From a virus, in the IMG/VR virus record IMGVR_UViG_3300020180_000015, positions 19,552 to 83,551 of that record: 64,000 nucleotides of DNA; one strand, written 5' to 3'. The notes under the pieces are model-generated. The model searched no databases. It was not told the origin of the DNA and saw nothing but the letters and a program-made list of their open reading frames with translations. Both the position numbers and the translations under genes were made by a program. Shown piece after piece: positions 57,241 through 64,000 of the stretch; within the stretch, counting starts at the first letter, position 1; every line of letters starts with the position of its first letter.

Positions 57241-57696
57241 CTAGAAAGTCGGTTTAATCGACTGTACCCGCTGCCCGTTATGGACACGCGATAGGTTTCG
57301 CGCCATCCCCTGAAAATACTCTTTGTTGATTTCCTTCCAACCGTCCTGCTGGAGCAGTTGATCGGCGAGTGCCTTATCTTGAGTCTGCAAAATAGACACG
57401 ACGCCTTCCCCGTTCCACTGCCGCAGGTAACGCCACGCTGGGAATACAAAGTGTGCTTTTGCGTGCGTCACCAGCAGCTTCGCATCTTCGGTGATCCGCC
57501 AACAATAATCCTCGTACAGGATATAGGCGTTTAGTGCCTTGCTTTGTGCGACGTTGGCGGGGAAACCCACCTTATAGGGACGGACACGGTTCTCGTCATC
57601 CGCCGCCGCGACCGCGCTCACCAGACAATCGCGCTGCGCCGGCGATAGGTTTAACCACTCTGAGTTTTTGAATGCCTCATCAAATGGGTCGCTCAT
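57241..57696 (-). CDS. Hypothetical protein
   Basis: GGAGG RBS; coupled. Confidence 0.55.
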   Translation of the reverse strand: MSDPFDEAFKNSEWLNLSPAQRDCLVSAVAAADDENRVRPYKVGFPANVAQSKALNAYILYEDYCWRITEDAKLLVTHAKAHFVFPAWRYLRQWNGEGVVSILQTQDKALADQLLQQDGWKEINKEYFQGMARNLSRVHNGQRVQSIKPTF

Positions 57697-58211
57697 GGCA
57701 AAACCTCCCCATCAATAATTCCCTCCGGCAGTAGATTCACCGACGGCAGTTGGCGCGTCTCAGCGATATACTGTCCGACCGTGCGATCGCCATCTACCAG
57801 CAGAAACTGCGTCAACGAGTCCGTTCCGGGCGCAAATACTCGCGCCGTCACCTGCGCCTTGAGCCAGTCGGCAAGGATAAGCAGTGCTTGAACGCGAACC
57901 GCCCCTATTTTAATTTCGGTTTCGGAGCGCATAGGCAATCCTGCGACCTGCATCTTTGCACGTTGCCCCATATACAGAAACCGCACGACATATCCGTAAC
58001 GGCGAGACTGCTTCGCGCCGAACCATCCGTCCTTGATTTGCACGTTGATCGCGTCTAGTTTGTCAAATTCAACCAAAACCCGTTTCCGAGCTTCTTTTAC
58101 CGACAAACTCGAACGGTAGTAAGGCGCATAATCCGCCCGTGCATCCTCAAAATAAGGAATAGGTATTTGTTCAGACTGCCCTTCACTCGGCGTAAAAACA
58201 AATCCGCTCAC
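57693..58211 (-). CDS. Conserved-type phage hypothetical protein
   Basis: QAL.IL.DWLKAQ...FL...G.RTV pattern. Confidence 0.6.
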   Translation of the reverse strand: MSGFVFTPSEGQSEQIPIPYFEDARADYAPYYRSSLSVKEARKRVLVEFDKLDAINVQIKDGWFGAKQSRRYGYVVRFLYMGQRAKMQVAGLPMRSETEIKIGAVRVQALLILADWLKAQVTARVFAPGTDSLTQFLLVDGDRTVGQYIAETRQLPSVNLLPEGIIDGEVLP

Positions 58212-58561
58212 GGCGAAACCTCCCCTTTTTGCTTTAAAGCCTCTTCGAGTGCCTCTTCAAGTTCGGCGCGAATGTCGCCGTGTATCACGCCAGCAAGTCC
58301 GGCATTCGCGCACTCAATCGCATCCTCGTACCGCTCGGCAACAATCGCCAAGCACGCCGCCGAACGATACAAGATCGAGCGAGTCGGCTCAACGTTGGCG
58401 CTCAATGGTATATTTTGCGCGGCACATCGTTCAAGCCAAAAGGCACGGGTCGCTATCCGCCGGATCGCCGCTGGAGTCCCTTTGCGACGCAGGAGTATTT
58501 GCAAGTCCTGCGCGTGTTCCATTGCGCGATTATGGAGCAGCCGCACTGATATGCCGTTCAC
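58208..58561 (-). CDS. Small TPR-like helical protein
   Basis: LHNRAM...E..AA...EPTRSILYRSAA.LA. Confidence 0.6.
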   Translation of the reverse strand: MNGISVRLLHNRAMEHAQDLQILLRRKGTPAAIRRIATRAFWLERCAAQNIPLSANVEPTRSILYRSAACLAIVAERYEDAIECANAGLAGVIHGDIRAELEEALEEALKQKGEVSP

Positions 58562-58941
58562 TGCCCGTCTAAACCGAAGCGGGCTTGATCAGCGATTCCG
58601 GCGATGCGCTCCTCTGCCGTCATGTCCCCGGCGTTCACGACGGGTCCCGCCGGATTTTCGCAGTACTCAAGAACTGCACGGAGTGCGGCGTGTGCTTTTC
58701 CACACTTGCCCTCCAAGACTGCCCAGCGATGTATTAACGCCTGCCGCTCCTCTTCGCGCCAACTGCTTATGAGATCGCGGGAAGCGAAACGAGACTTTGC
58801 TACAAGTTCCGACCACTGTGATACAGCCCGTAGTCGCTCGTTGGTGTCTGTTCGATCCGGCAGTGTGATTTGGTACGGGTAAGGCAATATAGACGAGTCC
58901 TTCGTATAACCGTTGGTGTATTCGGGATAAATATCGATCAT
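58558..58941 (-). CDS. Hypothetical protein
   Basis: AAGGAG RBS; promoter TTGCTG-N17-TAAGAT. Confidence 0.55.
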   Translation of the reverse strand: MIDIYPEYTNGYTKDSSILPYPYQITLPDRTDTNERLRAVSQWSELVAKSRFASRDLISSWREEERQALIHRWAVLEGKCGKAHAALRAVLEYCENPAGPVVNAGDMTAEERIAGIADQARFGLDGQ

Positions 58942-59057
58942 CGGGACGCTCCTTTTACTGTTTATAATCTTACTATCAAAGCCAAACGCCAGCAAGGGAC
59001 GACCATGCCTTGTTAGGAGGCGGCGGTCATCGTAGTCTGTTGAAAACGGAGCGAACG

Positions 59058-59453
59058 ATGATCCTCACCCTGCCCTACCCTATTTCGGTCAATCGAATCC
59101 ATAAGCCCAACAGTCGCGGCGGCATCTCGTCGGCGAAAGGAGTCACTGATTATAAATGGCAGGTATTAGCTCTTGCCCGGCTGCAGGGAGCGCGGGTGTT
59201 GACAGGTGAAGTGGTTGCGCGTGTGGACTTATACCGCGCACGCGATGCGGGGGACGCTGATAACGCATTAAAACTTCTCGCCGACTCGCTGATCGATGTC
59301 GCTTACGTGGATGACGATCAGATTGTCGAGTGGCAAGTGCGGCGCTTCACGCAGCCATCCAACCCGTGCGTCGTGATCGAGATCACCCCATTGGCGGGGA
59401 TACTGACGCCGCTGATCGTGCCTGTGATAATTAATTGGAGAGAGATAGAGTAG
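59058..59453 (+). CDS. rusA: RusA-family Holliday junction resolvase
   Basis: LPYPISVN, DADNALK...DSL...DDDQI. Confidence 0.88.
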   Translation: MILTLPYPISVNRIHKPNSRGGISSAKGVTDYKWQVLALARLQGARVLTGEVVARVDLYRARDAGDADNALKLLADSLIDVAYVDDDQIVEWQVRRFTQPSNPCVVIEITPLAGILTPLIVPVIINWREIE

Positions 59454-59591
59454 TATAAACCCGCGCATCTCGCCCCGGTTGTGAATCCTAGAGTACTTAG
59501 GAATGTACATGCCGGACGAGATCATCCAACCCATAATTCAACAAATAATCGATATAGCACTCTCATCTCACCCTACGGTAGAGGAAGTGCG

Positions 59592-59975
59592 ATGTTGAAA
59601 CGCCTATTTAGCGACGAATTTTTTGCTGCCATCATTATGGGTTTAATGGCTGTTGCCATTCTCGACGCTAGATCACGCGCAAGTGGCGTGACGCGATTTT
59701 TGATAGATGGGGGTTTTCCGATAGAGATACTGGTCATTGCGCTGGTTGTTTCGTCGGCGGGCTGCGTAGTGCTTGCATGGCATCCGCTCGCCCGATTTCG
59801 TCCGGTGCTGTTTACGTTACTGTCACTCCCCCTGCTGTTCTTCGTTGGTGCATCAGGCTTTTATGTTGCTGCAACACCGTCATCGCCGCGCACGACACTT
59901 GTGTTGTATTGCGGGATATATGCTTTGCTAATTGCACGGTCTTGGGAAGCGTTGATCGTCGGTGCGAGTAAATGA
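59592..59975 (+). CDS. Four-helix membrane protein (holin-like)
   Basis: Hydrophobic helices; lysis cluster. Confidence 0.55.
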   Translation: MLKRLFSDEFFAAIIMGLMAVAILDARSRASGVTRFLIDGGFPIEILVIALVVSSAGCVVLAWHPLARFRPVLFTLLSLPLLFFVGASGFYVAATPSSPRTTLVLYCGIYALLIARSWEALIVGASK

Positions 59976-60709
59976 CGGCTGAACAGATCGTTGTGCTTAT
60001 CGGTGTCCTCTTCAGCGTTGGTGGTTCGGGCGGCGCAATTGTGTCTTTCGTTATCGGTGAACTGAAAACGAAGAGTGACGTGCGGCGGCGGGCATTGCAG
60101 CGACAAGAAGATAAACAACAAATAGAGGAATCTCGTGTTGAACGACAAGTGCAGGCGAAAGAAGAAGTGCGTTTGCAAATCGGCGACCTTGTAGATTCGT
60201 ATGGACTTGAGGCGATCAGGGGGTTGCGAGAGGAAGCACAACAGGCAGAATTGCGGCAAAAAGAACTGTTAGATCGCATAAATGATCTTGAAAAACAAGA
60301 TGCGGATAAAGGGCAGCGCCTTAGTGAACTAGACGTACTTGACACGTCAAAAGCAGCAAGGATTAAGGCACTAGAGGATGCTGAACAAGAGGGTATCCGG
60401 CAGATCGGCGAGCTACAGTTACAAATCACGGTGCTGCAACAGCAAGTAGGAACGCTTAAGAAAGAAAACATGGATGCAGTGACCGAGTCACAACGGTTGA
60501 TTGTCGCTCTGGCGGAAGCACGGCAACTGATCATCGAGAGAAATACTACTATAGAGGCTGATGGCAAAACACGCACGGCGGCAGAAACCGAGTGGGCGAA
60601 AATCAAAGAGGAGCGCGACAGTCTAGAAGCCGAACGGGACGCGCTCAAGGTAGAAATTGAAGAGCTAAAGAAACTAACACTCTCCTCCCGCGTCGATGAT
60701 TCGCAGTAG
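59972..60709 (+). CDS. Membrane-anchored coiled-coil protein
   Basis: N-terminal TM plus long heptads. Confidence 0.65.
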   Translation: MTAEQIVVLIGVLFSVGGSGGAIVSFVIGELKTKSDVRRRALQRQEDKQQIEESRVERQVQAKEEVRLQIGDLVDSYGLEAIRGLREEAQQAELRQKELLDRINDLEKQDADKGQRLSELDVLDTSKAARIKALEDAEQEGIRQIGELQLQITVLQQQVGTLKKENMDAVTESQRLIVALAEARQLIIERNTTIEADGKTRTAAETEWAKIKEERDSLEAERDALKVEIEELKKLTLSSRVDDSQ

Positions 60710-60751
60710 TGGAGTCACATTGATTCACGAAATCACCCAAGGGGTTTTCCA

Positions 60752-62272
60752 ATGAGCGGCGTATTAGGACTCAACATCAGGGGACAGGGCATGTCCGCCG
60801 AGAACGTGGTCGCTTACCAGCGGCGCTTGAAAGCACACACACACCTCGTCCTCGATGAGCCGAAACTAGCGGCGCTGCTAGTGTCGGAATGTATGCGCGT
60901 TATCTACCGCCGCAGCGATGACGATCACGCGCATACAAAATTTAACCCGGTGCTGTTCGTGCGCGATCTTCATGCCGCCGCACCAGCGGGGTGCTACCTG
61001 AGTCTCGGCAATGAGCCGGGACGTGGCAGCCTCGGCGCTCTCGCTGATTGGACTGATAAAGCTCTGCGCGAATGCGAACGGTTGGGGCGTAAAGCCGTGA
61101 TCTTCAATTTCGAGACGGGCAACCCCAATCCCGACGATTGGAATACCCTCGCTCCCGTGCTTGACTATGCGAGGCGCGGCGGTCACCTACTCGGACTGCA
61201 CGCCTACTTTGACGGCAAAGTTGAGGATCAATACAAAGGCGTGCCGAACACACTCGTTCCACTTTCACGCTTCGGTGCAGCCTGTCCAGAGATCGTAATC
61301 ACCGAACTTGGCGCGGCGATAAGGATGGACCCGCATATCGGTTACGGCGGCTACATATCCTCCGAAGCCTATGCAGCGGAACTGGCAAAGTGCGCCCAAA
61401 TTTACTCGGCACTCGGCATCGCAGTCAATGTCTATATGTACGGCGTATGGCACAACTTCGGCATTCAGGACGATGAGGTTGTCAAAAACGCGCTCATCCT
61501 ATCAAACGAGCGGTATCAGGTGAAGGAGATCAGCGTGGAGTTTCGGAGCGGGATCGTCGAGTCTATGTCGGGATCATATGCGAATGTGCGTGCGGGCTAT
61601 ACGACGAGGTCGCCCGTTGTCGGCAAGCTGGTCGTAGGGGCTGCGGTTGTTTATCGCCCGACCGACATCAAACAGGATGGGTATACGTGGCTGCAGATCG
61701 ATCAGCCTGTGCGCGGCTACGTCGCGGCGGAGGTTTGCCGGATCAGGGACACGCCGCCAGCGGCGAAAGTCCTGCTCCCTGTGCCATATATGAGCCAACT
61801 TGCCGTCGATGCGGCGCAGATCAACAACGACTGTCCGGAGTCATGTGCGTGGATGCTCATCCAGTATGACCGGGTGCGGAAACAGCAACGGACGATGCCG
61901 ATGCTAACCGTCGACATGATGGTGCGGAAGCGGCAGGACGTGCCACAGCCACTGACTCACATCACAGCACTACTCGACGGCTTCGGCGTGGATGCGAAAT
62001 ATGCCCGCCCGATCACGCTCGACGTGATCGTCAAAGAACTGGATGCCGGACGCGCCGTGATCGCGCTCGTCGCCTATAAGCATATCAAGGCGGACTCTTT
62101 CACGGGCGGTCATTACGTGGTGTTTGTCGGTTACAGCGCCGACGGATATTACATCCACGATCCGTACAAAGGCGGCGCAAATTTCTACCTGCGGCGCGAA
62201 GCAGCAGAGCGGGCGCTCTCGGATGTGAGCGCGTTCGCGGCATTCTCTTATCAAGGTGTGGTTCTAGTCTAG
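60752..62272 (+). CDS. Putative endolysin: GH-A-like domain, SH3b and C39-like peptidase
   Basis: GNEP and ITELG; NVRAG..T.S.VVG; VPYMSQ..NDC..GHYVV..G...IHDP. Confidence 0.75.
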   Translation: MSGVLGLNIRGQGMSAENVVAYQRRLKAHTHLVLDEPKLAALLVSECMRVIYRRSDDDHAHTKFNPVLFVRDLHAAAPAGCYLSLGNEPGRGSLGALADWTDKALRECERLGRKAVIFNFETGNPNPDDWNTLAPVLDYARRGGHLLGLHAYFDGKVEDQYKGVPNTLVPLSRFGAACPEIVITELGAAIRMDPHIGYGGYISSEAYAAELAKCAQIYSALGIAVNVYMYGVWHNFGIQDDEVVKNALILSNERYQVKEISVEFRSGIVESMSGSYANVRAGYTTRSPVVGKLVVGAAVVYRPTDIKQDGYTWLQIDQPVRGYVAAEVCRIRDTPPAAKVLLPVPYMSQLAVDAAQINNDCPESCAWMLIQYDRVRKQQRTMPMLTVDMMVRKRQDVPQPLTHITALLDGFGVDAKYARPITLDVIVKELDAGRAVIALVAYKHIKADSFTGGHYVVFVGYSADGYYIHDPYKGGANFYLRREAAERALSDVSAFAAFSYQGVVLV

Positions 62273-62281
62273 GAGGGTTAC

Positions 62282-62689
62282 ATGTGGGAACTAGCGTTCG
62301 GGTTAGCGGTCGCAGTCAATCGGGCGACTGAAGCAATCAAGAAAACATTGGCGGCAAATTTCCCTGATATGCCGCCCCAGCAGCAATCGCTAATTGTCTA
62401 TGCATCGTCGCTAGTCATCGGCGTCCTGTTTACGGTGCTGGCGCAGATCAATGTGTTTGTCAACATACCCTACTATGGGGAACGCATCCCGGAACTTGTC
62501 GGCACGATCATTACGGGTTTCGCAGTTGGACTCGGCGCAGATTGGCTGTTCCAGTTACAGGCGCTGGTACTCGGTTTTCGTCAGCGTGTGACGCCGTCCG
62601 AAGATGCGGAGGTTAGCGAACTCGTGGTCGATGACAATGTCATCAATGAGATTGCCGCGCAGGTTGTCGTCAAACTCAACCTCAAATAA
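62282..62689 (+). CDS. Putative holin
   Basis: 2-3 TM helices after endolysin; GGAGG RBS. Confidence 0.65.
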   Translation: MWELAFGLAVAVNRATEAIKKTLAANFPDMPPQQQSLIVYASSLVIGVLFTVLAQINVFVNIPYYGERIPELVGTIITGFAVGLGADWLFQLQALVLGFRQRVTPSEDAEVSELVVDDNVINEIAAQVVVKLNLK

Positions 62690-62691
62690 TC

Positions 62692-62720
62692 GAGAGCCGG
62701 GTCTTATTGACCCGGCTTCT
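62692..62720 (+). terminator. Hairpin after holin
   Basis: AGCCGGGTC-ttatt-GACCCGGCT. Confidence 0.55.
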
Positions 62721-62735
62721 CTATAGGGAGACTCT

Positions 62736-63644
62736 ATGCAAACCATCAATCAAACGCTCTACTACCCCAGCCGTCGCTCCGTATTCCGACTTTACTATCT
62801 AACCGACCTTCACCTCGGCGCAAAAGCCTGTGATGAAAAACAACTGAAACGCGACATTGATGTGATCAAGAATGACCCGTTCGCAGTATGGATCGGCGGC
62901 GGCGATTACATCGATGCGATCTGCCAAGTCGGGGACCGCCGTTATCGCCCATCGGCACTGGCGAAGTGGGCGTTGGGGTTTGACGACGTGATGGGTGTTC
63001 AAGCACAGAAAACTGTTGAACTGCTCTCCCCCATCGCGCATAAGTGCCTTGCACTGGTCAAAGGCAATCACGAGAACAGCGCCGAGACATTCTATGCGCG
63101 GCAGGTGTATTGGGAGATCGTGAAAGGTATCGCCGACGCAGCGGGTAAAGCACCGGAGGCTCTGGCGCTCGGCGTGAATGGGTTTGTGCGTGTGCTGTTC
63201 CGTCGCGGCGTCCCTGACTCATTTGGCGGCAGTTGGCTGATGACGATCTACTGTCATCACGGTTTCGGCGGTGGACGCCTGCCGGGGGGACACGCCTTAG
63301 CGTTGGGGCGCGTGCTGGGCGATTTTGATTGTGATCTGGCACTCATGGGGCATCGGCATATCGAGATCGCGCTGCCTAAGACTGTGACCCGTGCGGGTAG
63401 CGGCGGCGGCGCTGTAATCCAGAAGCGACTGGCGGCGTTCATTCCGGGCTACTTGAACGCCTACATCAAACCGTCCGACGACGGGCATCCTACGGACAGC
63501 TACAGCGAAAACATGGGGCTGCCGCCCGTGCCGATTGGTACTCGTCCGATCCCGATCTCGCCGGATAAACGACGGTACGGCGTCGTGGTACAGAATGGCG
63601 CAGGGATCGAGGACATGGATTACGAAGCGGCGACTGTGGTTTAG
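62736..63644 (+). CDS. Calcineurin-like metallophosphoesterase
   Basis: DLH, GD..D, GNHE, HG, GHRH. Confidence 0.88.
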   Translation: MQTINQTLYYPSRRSVFRLYYLTDLHLGAKACDEKQLKRDIDVIKNDPFAVWIGGGDYIDAICQVGDRRYRPSALAKWALGFDDVMGVQAQKTVELLSPIAHKCLALVKGNHENSAETFYARQVYWEIVKGIADAAGKAPEALALGVNGFVRVLFRRGVPDSFGGSWLMTIYCHHGFGGGRLPGGHALALGRVLGDFDCDLALMGHRHIEIALPKTVTRAGSGGGAVIQKRLAAFIPGYLNAYIKPSDDGHPTDSYSENMGLPPVPIGTRPIPISPDKRRYGVVVQNGAGIEDMDYEAATVV

Positions 63645-63655
63645 TCGCCGCTTTT

Positions 63656-63680
63656 CAAATTCGACAAATTGTCGAATTTG
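63656..63680. repeat. Perfect 25-bp palindrome CAAATTCGACAA-A-TTGTCGAATTTG (six dispersed variants)
   Basis: Variants at 4524, 9753, 17415, 27419, 37576. Confidence 0.85.
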
Positions 63681-63761
63681 CGGTTGGGTAGTCTCCACTT
63701 TCTAGCGCCGTACTCATTTGTAATCTCGCCAAAAGGTGGGACTACGATGCGGTCAAGGTAT

Positions 63762-63992
63762 CTACAGTGCGGACGACTCATCGAGTCTTTTCCCCCATTT
63801 GGGGTTGCCGACTTTGCGCGGCGGCGTGTCAATCCACGCCTGAAAGTCGTCCCGCGTAACTGCCCACGCAATCCCTATTTTAGTTCCGCGTAGCCGTCCT
63901 CTCTCAATCGCACGCTTAACTTGATTCGCTGAGACAGCGCGCCCCATCGAACCAGACAGCGCGGCAGCGGTCTTTACACTGAGTATTTCCAT
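63762..63992 (-). CDS. Excisionase-like (HTH_17) DNA-binding protein
   Basis: LSVK.AA...IERGRL.G.KIG..W.V...D...W. Confidence 0.75.
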   Translation of the reverse strand: MEILSVKTAAALSGSMGRAVSANQVKRAIERGRLRGTKIGIAWAVTRDDFQAWIDTPPRKVGNPKWGKRLDESSAL

Positions 63993-64000
63993 TTGTCCCC

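Overview
A 64-kb segment of a tailed (siphovirus-like) phage or phage-plasmid, roughly 57-60% GC by eye, host possibly Chloroflexota (weak inference). The left arm (minus strand) has an XRE regulator, dUTPase, four N4/N6 DNA methyltransferases and a C5 methyltransferase with a nested alternative-frame gene. A ParM/ParR-like partition pair and early accessory genes (DUF3102, DUF932, MarR, HAD, XF1762/Mom-like) follow. The long plus-strand late region runs: ParB-MTase, TerS, TerL, two modular head proteins, portal fused to an Acb1-like 2H phosphoesterase, MuF-like protein, protease-scaffold-capsid fusion, neck/tail genes, tape measure, fibres, RusA and lysis genes. The most unusual signal is a family of small self-promoted cassettes inserted among the structural genes. 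They share a promoter, hairpin, basic N-terminal leader (MNRRQKVVIKAA) and 3' flank but carry different payloads. The same [VIL]-K-[AS] motif punctuates the head proteins and marks the presumed capsid maturation site, suggesting a swappable, protease-released capsid-cargo system (inference). Other signals are an ORF-less IscB-type omegaRNA insertion, a dispersed 25-bp palindrome, and two promoter/operator motif classes. All annotations come from motif recognition by eye; no searches were run.
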